Notes: generated from the letters alone by a model not told the origin. A DNA stretch of 64,000 nucleotides from Longimicrobiales bacterium (GCA_965218295.1 CBDCKN010000005.1:40253-104252), one strand, 5' to 3'. Counted from the first letter of the stretch, positions 49,646-59,531 are shown. Numbers and translations: made by a program.

Positions 49646-49883
49646 GGGCTACTCCGTCGAACGTCCTGATACGTGGTGAGTCATAGGGTTCCTCCGAGCT
49701 CAAAAGTATCGGGGCATGCCCAGCACAGGTATCCATGCTCGCCGAATCGGATGGCGTCCGATGCTCAGGAGAGTCTAGAGACCGAAGGCGCCCGTTGTCG
49801 AGAACTGTTTCGAATTGACAGTCTCGTGGCTCGCAGCGACGTTGCCCCGCTTGTTGCGGCCCGATCTCGAGGCGAGCGCGCCG

Positions 49884-50951
49884 ATGACGGAGAAGGAATC
49901 ACATCAGAGCCCTGTGGTGCTGGATCTCACCAGGGACCAGCTCCATGACATCTTTCGTGCCCTAGTCCTGGCGCGAGCCGCCGAAGAGCGGTTAGAAGTG
50001 CTCTTCAAGCAGGGTCATATCACGGGTGGCATCTACCGCTCGCTCGGCCAGGAAGCAGGTGCCGTTGGAGCCGCCTACGCCTTGCGCCGCCGCGACGACG
50101 GGACCGGCGATATCATCGCTCCGACGGTTCGTGCCACGGGCGCCGTGTTCCTCTTGGGGGGCACGCCGCTCCAGTTCTTTCGCCAGCACCTCGCCCGGGT
50201 GACCAGTCCGACGAGGGGCAGAGAATCGAAGGTCTATTGGGCGGATTACGAGACCGGCCTCGTCGGTGCCACCTCGCCGCTCGGGACGATGGTCGAGGTC
50301 ATGTCCGGCATCAGTCTGGCATTCAAGCTGAAGGAAGAGGACCGAGTGGCACTTGTCTTCTATGGGGACGGGGCCTCGTCCACGGGCGCCTGGCATGAGG
50401 GCCTGTGTTTCGCGGCCGCCCAGGCGTGCCCCATGGTGCTCATCATCGAGGCCACCCAGTGGGCCTTCTCCTCGCCCACGTCCACGAACACGCGTGTGCA
50501 GAGCTTTGTCGAGAAAGCGCCGGGGTACGGGCTGCACGCCGAATCCGTGGACGGGACGGATGTCTTGGCCGTGTACGCATGCGTCCAACGCTCCGTTGCT
50601 CGAGCCCGAGGCGGGGAGGGCGCCGGCATGGTGGAGCTCAAATATTACCGGTTGGCCGGACACGCGCAGCACGACGGTCAGGAATACGTGGATCCGGACG
50701 AGTTGAAGAAGTGGGAGGGCAGAGACCCCATCGCGCGTTTCCGTGATCGGCTCCTGGCCGAGGAGTGGGCCACGGGCGACGAGCTCGATACTCTGGCAGA
50801 CGACACTTTCGAGGAGGCACGCATCGCCGCCGATCAGGCACTCTCGGAGTCTGCCCCGGAAGGGCCGGCGGCTCTGGAGGACGTGTACACCGACCTGGTG
50901 GCTCGTCCGCCGTGGACTCGAATGGTCGCTCCTGATCCACGGAAAATGTGA
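49884..50951 (+). CDS. TPP-dependent 2-oxoacid dehydrogenase E1 alpha subunit (orphan)
   Basis: SLGQEA, YGDGASSTG.WHEG, VDGTD, YRLAGHAQHD, RDPI. Confidence 0.9.
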   Translation: MTEKESHQSPVVLDLTRDQLHDIFRALVLARAAEERLEVLFKQGHITGGIYRSLGQEAGAVGAAYALRRRDDGTGDIIAPTVRATGAVFLLGGTPLQFFRQHLARVTSPTRGRESKVYWADYETGLVGATSPLGTMVEVMSGISLAFKLKEEDRVALVFYGDGASSTGAWHEGLCFAAAQACPMVLIIEATQWAFSSPTSTNTRVQSFVEKAPGYGLHAESVDGTDVLAVYACVQRSVARARGGEGAGMVELKYYRLAGHAQHDGQEYVDPDELKKWEGRDPIARFRDRLLAEEWATGDELDTLADDTFEEARIAADQALSESAPEGPAALEDVYTDLVARPPWTRMVAPDPRKM

Positions 50952-51026
50952 TCCCCACGTTGCCCCGCGACGCGCCGCAACAGACGACGCACCGCAACAA
51001 ACGGCGCATCCCTTTCGTGAAGTCGA

Positions 51027-51058
51027 AGGGGCGACCCGGCCGAGACCGGATCGCCCCT
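51027..51058. terminator. GC-rich stem-loop between convergent genes
   Basis: AGGGGCGA-C-CCGG-ccgaga-CCGG-A-TCGCCCCT; no U-tract. Confidence 0.5.
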
Positions 51059-51098
51059 CCATCGCCGCAGCGTGTAATGATTCGCCGAGGAGTGTGTA

Positions 51099-51375
51099 CT
51101 AGCCGGAGCTGGCCCCGCAGACGATTGCGCCTGGTGCCAGCTCTTGAGAGTTGACGGGGGGCATAGCAGCATCGCCGTATTGAATCGCGCAGATTCCGCT
51201 GTTCTTGAGCCCGAGGTGCGTCGCGGTGGCGTTCCATCCGGCGTCTGAGACCTCTCCGATTTGAATAGAGACCCCCTCGCTCGTCTCGAACTCGAGAGCC
51301 ACCTCGTCACCCGAGTACTCGTAGCGGTCCGCATAATAGAGCTCTTGGTGAGTGGCCAGATTCCTGAGGTGCCCT
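51099..51375 (-). pseudogene. type IV pilin remnant lacking prepilin N-terminus
   Basis: Manual translation HLRNLATHQELYYADRYEYS...FETSEGVSIQI...GWNATATH...CAIQYG...C; in-frame stop upstream. Confidence 0.7.
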
Positions 51376-51493
51376 TGGGCTCTTTTCCTCGCTCGTTAGT
51401 CAAAAACAGGATTCTTCCGGAAAAGTGCTCATCGGACTTCGGAGCCGGATGCACCGTGCCCTCGACTGGCCGAGACGCTTTGGTGACGGGAAA

Positions 51494-52090
51494 CTAGTTG
51501 GGCGGGGTCGAACCGGCGGCGAGACTGTCGAGAAGCCTAGCGACCATCGCACGGAGGTCCGCACTCTCGGGCCCACGCGGGTAGCCGTCGAACGCGCTTC
51601 GGAGGTAGTGCTCCGCGGAGTCGGCGGAGGCGAGCTCCAGATGCGCGAGGCCCAGGTAGCGATGAAGCTCTGCCAGCGTCGAATCGGACCGAGAACCACT
51701 GCGGAGAGCCACCGCTTCCTGGAGTAGGAGCCGGGCATCCGACGGGCGACCAAGCCTCAAATACGCGCCTCCCATGGCTCCGAGCGCGTCTGCGTGCGCC
51801 CCTTCGGAGCGCAGGGGAGCCTGCCGGAGAACCGCCACGGCGGAGTCCACTGTCTCCCCGAGAGTCAACGCCGCCGATACATCCTGAAACGGAGTGAGCC
51901 CAAGAACAGTCGACGTGAGGAACTCATTGAACGCGCGGGCTCGCCGCCCCTCGAGTCGAGCCTGCAGAGTCTGGGCGAGCGAAAATCCAACGAAGAACAC
52001 GATCAGCATGCCGAGAGTCACCTCGGTTGGTCTCCGAGCGACGAGGCGAACTTCCTCCTCCATGATCTGTTGGATGAACTCCTGCGCCTC
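51494..52090 (-). pseudogene. TM + TPR C-terminal fragment (resembles tails of Ser/Thr kinase-TPR proteins)
   Basis: TM segment, FLTS, LGAMGGAYLRLG...A..LLQEAVALR, YLGLAHLELA. Confidence 0.55.
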
Positions 52091-52094
52091 CGAG

Positions 52095-52835
52095 GATGCG
52101 CGCCTGATGGAGATCGAGGGCGGAGTTGACGGCCTCCTCGAGGATCTGGAGAAGACGGTCGGTGTGGTGACCAAGGAGCGCGGGCGGTACGAATTCATCC
52201 ATCCGAGCCTTGTCGACTATCTGGCGGCCCGCTTCGTCGTGAGGCAAGAGCCCGACACCGTTCGAGAGCTGGTGTCCGCCTTCGCCTACCGACTCTGGCG
52301 CCCCGATGTGGTGCGCCTTGTGCGCGACGTTGGGCCTCTGGCCTACGAGCGTTGTTTCCTACTGCCCGAGCTCGAGCAGATCGTCGAGGCGGTGGATCGC
52401 TTCGGTGCCGACGGCCGAGCGCTTCTTCGCGCCTGCGCGCTACGCGTCGAGGTGCTGGAGGAGGACCGGATCGCTCTCACGTGGGGCAACCTGGGACGCC
52501 GCATCGCAGCTCTGGGCGCCATGCACATCGCGCGGGCCCGCTTGATCGGTACCGGGCGCTTCGGCTCCGAGTGGATCAGCGCGGCACGAGGCGCCCTGCC
52601 CCCATCCGAGACCACGATCCGGTGGAACAGGGAGGCCTTGGTCCCGGACGTGGAGGGCCCGGCCGACGCTCTGTCCTGCTGGGCTCTGATCGAAGAGCTG
52701 GAGTGGCAAGCCGCCCGAGCGGTGGTTGCCATCCGCGACCTCGCCTATCAGACAGCCACAGACGCTCGCTACTCCCAAGACCGATTCCATCTCCCGACGT
52801 CGCCCAGTTCGCGGTCGAGTCGCGAGGGCGCCTGA
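52095..52835 (+). pseudogene. C-terminal fragment of NACHT/STAND NTPase
   Basis: YEFIHPSLVDYLAARFV winged-helix motif; no P-loop present. Confidence 0.6.
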
Positions 52836-52869
52836 GCGGAACGAGGCGTTGGTGGCCGTCGAGGTAGGG

Positions 52870-53529
52870 CTACACCTCCAGAGCGCGGACCGCGGCCAGC
52901 AGCTCCTCGTCACTCGGGAACTTACCGATTCCGTTCGCTCCCTCGACGGCTCCCTCGATGTTTGCCCACCGAACGACGCCGTTTCGGTCCAGGAGGAACT
53001 GCCCTTTGAGCTGCGGGAACTGCCTGTCCTGGTCGGCCCGGTCTGTCTCGGTCGCCTGAAAGCCATCGATCTTATCCAGCTCCCCGATGGCCTCCTCGAT
53101 GGGAGCCGGCTCCGGGAGCTCTGCGGTGGGATCGATTCGGGCCGCCCCGAAGTCCTCCAAGAACTCCGGAGTGAGGTCAGGCTTGGGAATACCGTAGGAC
53201 CGGTGAGTGGTGAGCTCCGGATCCGCCGCAAGCGCAACCTTCGTCGGGCGAAGGCGGAAGTAGAGACGGGCGTTCTCTGGAGAGGTGGCCACGATCCCGA
53301 GGGTTTCCACCCCGTGCTCCTTGAGCTTCGCTTGCGTGGTCCCCAGCCGGGCGATGGATCGGCGGCAGAACGGGCACCAAAGGCCCCGGAACAGACAGAG
53401 CAGCAGACCGTGTTTCCCCCTGTAGTCGTCGAGGGACACCGTGCCGTCACGATCGACCGAGGGCAAGGTGAAGTCCGGAGCGGACTCACCCGGCTGCACC
53501 GGAGGGCGGGGTTCCATCATGGTGGCCAT
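52870..53529 (-). CDS. AhpC/TSA-like redoxin (CPFC)
   Basis: PGESAPDFTLP, FRGLWCPFCRR, QFLLDRNGVVRW; GGAG RBS. Confidence 0.9.
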   Translation of the reverse strand: MATMMEPRPPVQPGESAPDFTLPSVDRDGTVSLDDYRGKHGLLLCLFRGLWCPFCRRSIARLGTTQAKLKEHGVETLGIVATSPENARLYFRLRPTKVALAADPELTTHRSYGIPKPDLTPEFLEDFGAARIDPTAELPEPAPIEEAIGELDKIDGFQATETDRADQDRQFPQLKGQFLLDRNGVVRWANIEGAVEGANGIGKFPSDEELLAAVRALEV

Positions 53530-53583
53530 TTCTTACTCCTTTGTTGCCTTGGTTGCTCGTCTGTTTTGTCGCCGTGACCGACC

Positions 53584-56500
53584 CTATGCCAGGAAGGGCA
53601 GCACGGTCAGTGAGTCCGGATCGAGCCCGGATTCCACGCAAACCTCCTGGGTCTTCAACATATATGTCTCCGCCTGGGCCGCATCGCCGAGGTCAAGAAA
53701 TACCGTCCCGAGACCTTCGTAACAAGGAAAGAGGAGCTGGGGATCACCGATCTCCTCCGCCAGCCCCAGGGCCTCTCGGTAGTAGTTCAGGGCGGGCTCC
53801 CATTCGTCGTGGCACTGGTGAATCTGGCCCAGAACGATGAGAGGTACGGCGAGATGATCGAGCTGGCCGAGCTGTCGATCCAGATCGATGGCCGCCTGAG
53901 CCGCATCCCTGCCTTCGTCCTCGCAGCGGTCCGTGAGCGCGCAGTACGCCGCCGCCAGGTTGGCCTGAAGGTGCGACTGGAGACCCAGATCCCCGATCTT
54001 CGTCGCCGTCTCGAGCCCGCTCACACAGGTGTCGATGGCCCGCTGGGGATTCAGGGTGCTGTAGAGAACTCCCAGGTTGGCCAGCCCCCTGCATGCCACC
54101 TGGAGGAGGTCATGCTCCTGGGCGACCTCTACACTCTGCTCGATGTGTGAGACCGCCTCCTCCATGCGATCCATACGAGCCATGGCTATTCCGAGCGTGT
54201 TGTGCGTATGCGAGATGGCCTCGGCGGTCTTCTTGCGCGACTCTCCGTTGGCGTCGCCGTCCTCCGGTGGTAAGCGGTCCTCCAGCGCCTTGGCCTGATC
54301 GAGCGCCTGGCTCGCCCACTCGGTCGCGGCCTGAGAATCTCCGCTCCGGAAGGCGAGTCGGCCCATTTCCTGAAGGAGATACGCGCGCTCGATGTGATCC
54401 TGGTCGAGCAGTGCCAGGCCCATCTCGAACGCCCCGGTGGCCCCAGCGGGGTCACCACCCTCCCAGTGCAACCCTCCCATCTTGCGATGGATCCGGGCCT
54501 GGGCGGCTCGGTCCTCCTCCCTCTCAACCGCGGAACGCACCTCTTCGTAGAACGACAACGCCCGCTCTCGCTGGCCTCGTGATCCCAACAGATCCGCTAG
54601 TCGCTCACGGACGATCAGGTTCTCCCCATCGCACGCGCCACACACCTCCAGGGCCTCCAGCGCCCGGGTGTAATGCCGGATGGCGTCCTCGTTCGCGTAG
54701 ACGGCACCAGCTCGCTCACCCGCCGCCATCAGGTACCTGACGCCCTTGATGCGATCTTCGCTGAGGCCGAAGTGATGCCCGAGGGCCACGAGATCCTTGA
54801 GCCGCTGGGGTCCGTGCTCACAGTCGCAAAGCTCCTCCAATGCCCGACCAGCCCGCCCGTGCAACTCCGTCCGTCGGGTCATGAGCAGGCTCTCGTACAC
54901 GACCTCCTGGACCATCGTGTGAGCGAAGCGATACCTGCGGCCCTGGACTCCTGCCTCGAGAGCGAGGTCGGGGACCTCCTCCAAGAGCCCCTGGTCCAAG
55001 AGCCCCTCCAACGTGGACGGGGCAGTCTCAGGAGACGTACAGACGGCTCGTAGCAGATCGCCGCCGAAGCCGACACCGAGGACCGCGGCTTCGTGCAGCA
55101 GGCGGCGGGCTTCGGTCGGGAGGCGATCGACCCGGGACCGGAGTAACCCTTGCACCGTGGGCGGCACTTCCGAAGCCGCTCCCTCGCCCGATGGGCAGCT
55201 CCAGCCGTCCTCGTCCCGGACGAGGGTGCCGCTCGAGACGAAGCTGCGCACGATCTCCTCCAGATAGAACGGATGGCCGCCTGCCCGCTCGACGGCCAAG
55301 TCTCGCAGTCCCACCGGAATCCTTTCCAGCGAGTCCCCGAAGAACGCCCCCAGGATGTCTCTGCAATCGCTCGTGGTCAGGTGCTTCAGGCGAACCGTTG
55401 CGTGGGCGGCCTTGTTGACGACGAAGGTTCCTCCGTCGAAGTCGGGACGATGTGAGAAGAGCATCATCAGGGCTCTTTCCGCCAGGCGATCGACCAAGAA
55501 GCGGAGGACCTCCAAGGAGGCGGCGTCTGCCCATTGGAGGTTCTCCACTACTAGGATCAGGGGCCCTTGTTCGAGCTGGCGCTCGCAAAGGGCACGAATC
55601 GCGAGCAGGATTTGACGCTTGAGCTGCTCCGGCTCCACGTGTCGCAGCGCCACACCCGTCTCGAGTCCCAGCAGATGGCCCACCATCGGCGAGATCCGTT
55701 CGATCTCCTCCTCGCCGGCTCCGAGCGATCTGAGCCCCTGTGCGAGCTTCGTCTGTGCCACTTCGAGGCTAACGTCGGCGAGGAGGCCGTACGTCTCTCG
55801 GAAGAAGGACGCTAGGATACCATAGGGCTGCTCGCCCAGAGCCGTGCACGTGGCTGTTTGAACGGTGAGGGACCGGAGCCGTCCCTCCCGGTCCAGCCGT
55901 TCCAGGAACTCCTGCAAGAGCCTCGACTTGCCGACCCCCGCATCTCCGGTGAGGCTTACGACCTGGGCCTGGCCACCGAGCACGTGCTGGAAGGCGGCCT
56001 CCATCTGAGCCATCTCGGCATCTCTGCCTACCAGCGGCGCCACGAGACCGTGGACCTCGAGCCCCCTGCCGGTGCCCGCAGCCTCCAAGACTCCGGTTAG
56101 GCGATAGACCGGGATGGGCTCGGTCTTCCCACGGAGCTCGACGGCGCCCAGCGACTCGAACGCGAAGCGGTGGCGCGCCAGCCGATACGTAGCCTCGCTG
56201 ACCAACGTCTCGCCGGGGCCGGCCGTGCTCTGGAGCCGTGCAGACGTGTTGACCGTGTCGCCGGTCACTACATAGTTGGCCTGAGCGGCATTGCCCAGGA
56301 TGCCTGCCACGACTTCGCCGGTATTCACGCCGATGTGGAGAAGAAGAGCCTGGCCCAACCGATCCTCCCAGCGCTGGCTGAGGATGCTGGCCCGGTCCTG
56401 CATGGCCAGGGCGGCATGAAGGGCTCTTTGAGGATCGTCCTCGTGGGCAACAGGGGCACCGAACACCGCCATGACCGCATCCCCGGCGAACTTCTCGACG

Positions 56501-56901
56501 AAGCCCCCGTACTCCAGAACCGCCGCGGACAGCCCGTCGAAGAGGTCCGTCTGGATGGCGCGTACGTCCTCCGGATCGAGTCGCTCACTCAAGGAGGTAA
56601 ACCCGGAAAGATCGGCGAACAGAACCGTCACCGGACGCCGGTCGGCCTCGTCCATGGCCGGGCCTTCAGCCGCTGCGGGTCCGAGCCAACCGATGGACGC
56701 GCCCGTGGGTCCGGGGGGTGGACTGGGATCAGTGGATGGGGGCGAGTCCTGCATCGGCTCCCCGCAGCGCGGACAGAAGGCGAAGTCCGGCGGAGACACG
56801 CCTCCACAGGACGCACACGTAGCCTTCAACGCCTTGCCGCACTTGGGGCAAAACGCGAAATCCGGCGTCGCTTCGTATCCGCAAGCGTCACACGTGGTCA
56901 T
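53584..56901 (-). CDS. double zinc ribbon - class III nucleotidyl cyclase - STAND ATPase - TPR protein
   Basis: 4 CxxC; VLFADLSGFT, EKFAGD, GDTVNTSAR; LVGR, GDAGVGKS, GGHPFY, YRFAH; TPRs; start set at ATG 56901. Confidence 0.93.
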   Translation of the reverse strand: MTTCDACGYEATPDFAFCPKCGKALKATCASCGGVSPPDFAFCPRCGEPMQDSPPSTDPSPPPGPTGASIGWLGPAAAEGPAMDEADRRPVTVLFADLSGFTSLSERLDPEDVRAIQTDLFDGLSAAVLEYGGFVEKFAGDAVMAVFGAPVAHEDDPQRALHAALAMQDRASILSQRWEDRLGQALLLHIGVNTGEVVAGILGNAAQANYVVTGDTVNTSARLQSTAGPGETLVSEATYRLARHRFAFESLGAVELRGKTEPIPVYRLTGVLEAAGTGRGLEVHGLVAPLVGRDAEMAQMEAAFQHVLGGQAQVVSLTGDAGVGKSRLLQEFLERLDREGRLRSLTVQTATCTALGEQPYGILASFFRETYGLLADVSLEVAQTKLAQGLRSLGAGEEEIERISPMVGHLLGLETGVALRHVEPEQLKRQILLAIRALCERQLEQGPLILVVENLQWADAASLEVLRFLVDRLAERALMMLFSHRPDFDGGTFVVNKAAHATVRLKHLTTSDCRDILGAFFGDSLERIPVGLRDLAVERAGGHPFYLEEIVRSFVSSGTLVRDEDGWSCPSGEGAASEVPPTVQGLLRSRVDRLPTEARRLLHEAAVLGVGFGGDLLRAVCTSPETAPSTLEGLLDQGLLEEVPDLALEAGVQGRRYRFAHTMVQEVVYESLLMTRRTELHGRAGRALEELCDCEHGPQRLKDLVALGHHFGLSEDRIKGVRYLMAAGERAGAVYANEDAIRHYTRALEALEVCGACDGENLIVRERLADLLGSRGQRERALSFYEEVRSAVEREEDRAAQARIHRKMGGLHWEGGDPAGATGAFEMGLALLDQDHIERAYLLQEMGRLAFRSGDSQAATEWASQALDQAKALEDRLPPEDGDANGESRKKTAEAISHTHNTLGIAMARMDRMEEAVSHIEQSVEVAQEHDLLQVACRGLANLGVLYSTLNPQRAIDTCVSGLETATKIGDLGLQSHLQANLAAAYCALTDRCEDEGRDAAQAAIDLDRQLGQLDHLAVPLIVLGQIHQCHDEWEPALNYYREALGLAEEIGDPQLLFPCYEGLGTVFLDLGDAAQAETYMLKTQEVCVESGLDPDSLTVLPFLA

Positions 56902-56902
56902 C

Positions 56903-56914
56903 GGGGGGGGGGGG
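56903..56914. repeat. G12 homopolymer (C12 on coding strand) directly before the cyclase ATG
   Basis: Read directly. Confidence 0.95.
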
Positions 56915-57257
56915 CCCCGTTCCGGATGAGGGGTCCACGTCGATAATCTTTGTACTTCACGTACTGACCGGTCAACCCCGTGCTCCGCGAAAAGCCTTGG
57001 ACGGGACGCCACTGGCGACTATGCTTGAGGGGCCGCTGGGGACTGACCGAGAGCACGCTCCTACGTGTATCGGGTCAACAGCGGACAAACAAGTTTTTGC
57101 GTTTAAAGGAGAGGACGCCGTACATTAGGGTGCTGGAACTCACGTTCTCGATACTGGAGGGTAGCCCCTGAGACGTGAAGATCCTGACTTCGGGGAGTGC
57201 GTCACTCAGGTGGCGCAGGATTCCGTCGTGTATGGATCAGGTTGGTCGGAGGATTCT

Positions 57258-59249
57258 ATGGGTCTTTGTTCGCGCAGCCCCTTCCTGAAGGGTGCTGAAG
57301 CTGTGTTGGTGCGTAGCTACGTCCAGGTCTCTTTGTGCCTCCTGATCTGGACCTTCCCCCTTGCGGCCCAGGACTTCACGGTCCAGACCAACATCCCGGC
57401 CCAGGGCTTCCTCTCCAGCGAAGAGCCCATCGATGTCACCTTCAGTCGAACTCTGGATCTCCAGAACGAGAGCGTGGCGGTGTTCATCGGCGCCACCGAT
57501 TTCACGGGACTCTTCCGGCCCATCGACTCCGGCCTACGGCTGATGCCCCAGGTCTTGGACCTGGGGATCCTGGGCTTCCAGTCCCGGGAGGTCACGCCCA
57601 AGCCGGACGTCGCCTTCAAGAGCCAGCCGTGGGAAGAAAAGGAGCCCGACGTCGAACAGGTGCACTCCGGATTCGCGCTGGGCCAGAACTCACGCTTCGT
57701 CGGGTTCAACAACGAGGAGAACGCGCTACGCTTCCGCGAAAAGGGCGAGGACGCCTCCAAAGTCGACCTCTCGAGCTATGACCTGAAGTACGGCTCCGAG
57801 AAGCTGGACGTGTCGGTGGGGCACGTCTTTACGGGCAATCAGCGCTACCTCATCAGCGGATCCAGCGCTCGAGGAGCCACAGTAGCAGTAGTAAAGGGTG
57901 CGGAAGTGTGGACGCTGAAGCCCGTGTCCCGGGTTGATGCGCAGGTGGCGGTGACGAACGGAAGCAGCTTCGTAGGCTTCAACGACCTGCGGGGTCTCAA
58001 CAAGTCCGATCACCGGATGCTCAACGCCAGCGTGGGGGTGGAGGCACTTCAGACGCCGGGCCAACTCCGGATGGAGTTCTCCTATCTCGACGCTTCCAAG
58101 CTGCCCCAGGACAACTTCAATCAGGGAGCGGTAAACGACGCCGAGCGGAGCGAAGGCTTCGGCTTCAACTTCAAGGCCCGCGGGCTGGGGCAGCGTCTGC
58201 GACTCGACGGGGGATTCTCGAAAAGCAGGTTCGACAATCCCGACGATCCCACGCCGACTCGGGGCCAGGCCGTCGTAGCCGTGGGGGACGAGACCAAGAA
58301 TGCCCGCTACCTGAATGCCAACCTCGACGTGCTCAAGGGCGTGAAGCTCGGCGGGAGCAAGACGGCGCGGCTTTCGGTGGGCTTCAAGCATGGGCGGGTC
58401 GACCCGCTCTACAAGAGCGTGGGGACGTCGGCTCGGGCCGACCAGCTGCACAACCAGTTCGGCGTGAACGCCGACGTGGCGGGCGTGGCGGTCCAGGCCA
58501 CCTTCTCCGACGCCCATGACAACCTGGACGAGCTCCCCTCCGTGTTGAAGTCGAACACCGAGCGTACGGGACTCAAGGTCGGCGTGCCGCTCCCCAACAT
58601 CTTCCGTGGCAAGCCCGGTGTGACGTGGCTGCCCGCCCTGCAGTACCGGATGCAGCGCGCCCACCGGTTCGGGGAGGAGATTCCGGTCAACGGCGGATTG
58701 AGCGCCGGGCACGTTCCCGACCAGGTGAGCACGAAGCACACCGCTTCGACCGGGTGGCGCTGGAGCAAGGTCAAGCTGGGCTATCAGATGAACCTCTCGA
58801 AGCAGGACAAACGTCAGGAGGGACGGGAATACGCCGACTTCAATAAAACAAAAAGCGCGCTCTCACTCGGCGTGAGTCCCACGGGCAAGCTCTCGGTGAC
58901 CCTCGACCTTTCCTTCGAGGAGGCCGAGCGCATCCAGCGAGACGAGGTCGACAACACGAGAAGGTTCGGCGCCCGCATCAACTGGAAGCCGATCCAACGC
59001 TCCACCCTCGCAGTCCAGTTCTCCGACACGTTCAAGGACGACGAGGCCGCCACCAGGGAGCAGAGCGACAACAGGCTGGACATCCGCTGGAGTGGCGCCG
59101 TTCCTCGCATGGTGCGGTTCAACGGACAGTACTACGTGCGCTACTCACGTAAGGTGGCTGAGCGGATGAACGTGACGCGCGGCACGGATGACCGCCGGGA
59201 GAACTGGACGGTCAACACGGGCTTCAGCTTGAGCTTCGGGGGGGGGTAG
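57258..59249 (+). CDS. secreted/outer-membrane beta-rich hypothetical protein
   Basis: GGAGGA RBS, LAA-Q signal cleavage, amphipathic beta strands, near-terminal TGFSLSF followed by G9 tract. Confidence 0.7.
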   Translation: MGLCSRSPFLKGAEAVLVRSYVQVSLCLLIWTFPLAAQDFTVQTNIPAQGFLSSEEPIDVTFSRTLDLQNESVAVFIGATDFTGLFRPIDSGLRLMPQVLDLGILGFQSREVTPKPDVAFKSQPWEEKEPDVEQVHSGFALGQNSRFVGFNNEENALRFREKGEDASKVDLSSYDLKYGSEKLDVSVGHVFTGNQRYLISGSSARGATVAVVKGAEVWTLKPVSRVDAQVAVTNGSSFVGFNDLRGLNKSDHRMLNASVGVEALQTPGQLRMEFSYLDASKLPQDNFNQGAVNDAERSEGFGFNFKARGLGQRLRLDGGFSKSRFDNPDDPTPTRGQAVVAVGDETKNARYLNANLDVLKGVKLGGSKTARLSVGFKHGRVDPLYKSVGTSARADQLHNQFGVNADVAGVAVQATFSDAHDNLDELPSVLKSNTERTGLKVGVPLPNIFRGKPGVTWLPALQYRMQRAHRFGEEIPVNGGLSAGHVPDQVSTKHTASTGWRWSKVKLGYQMNLSKQDKRQEGREYADFNKTKSALSLGVSPTGKLSVTLDLSFEEAERIQRDEVDNTRRFGARINWKPIQRSTLAVQFSDTFKDDEAATREQSDNRLDIRWSGAVPRMVRFNGQYYVRYSRKVAERMNVTRGTDDRRENWTVNTGFSLSFGGG

Positions 59250-59531
59250 ACACGTCACTCCCATCTTTATCGAAGCCATCGACCGCGTAGATGGCGATGG
59301 GCTTTTCGATTCCCTTCACGAGGGTGTCCGGAAGCGCGCGTAGCTGGAAACGGGGATCGAGCGAATCCCGCAGCGTCTGCGTCACGATGATGTCCGCTGG
59401 GTGGACTCGCGTCAGGTCCTGCACGCGCGCCGCCACGTTCACCGTGCCCCCTACGAAGGTGAACTCTTTCAGCTGCCGGCTGCCGACCAACCCAGCGACG
59501 CCTGTGCCACGCTGCAGCCCGATCCCCAGCC
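59224..59531 (-). pseudogene. C-terminal half of class III adenylate/guanylate cyclase
   Basis: LGIGLQRGTGVAGLVGSRQLKEFTFVGGTVNVAARVQ...VKGIEKPIAIY. Confidence 0.8.

Noticed and set aside
49826..49846. sigma54 promoter (TGGC...TTGC) before E1-alpha
   Set aside because: GG-to-GC spacing does not fit -24/-12
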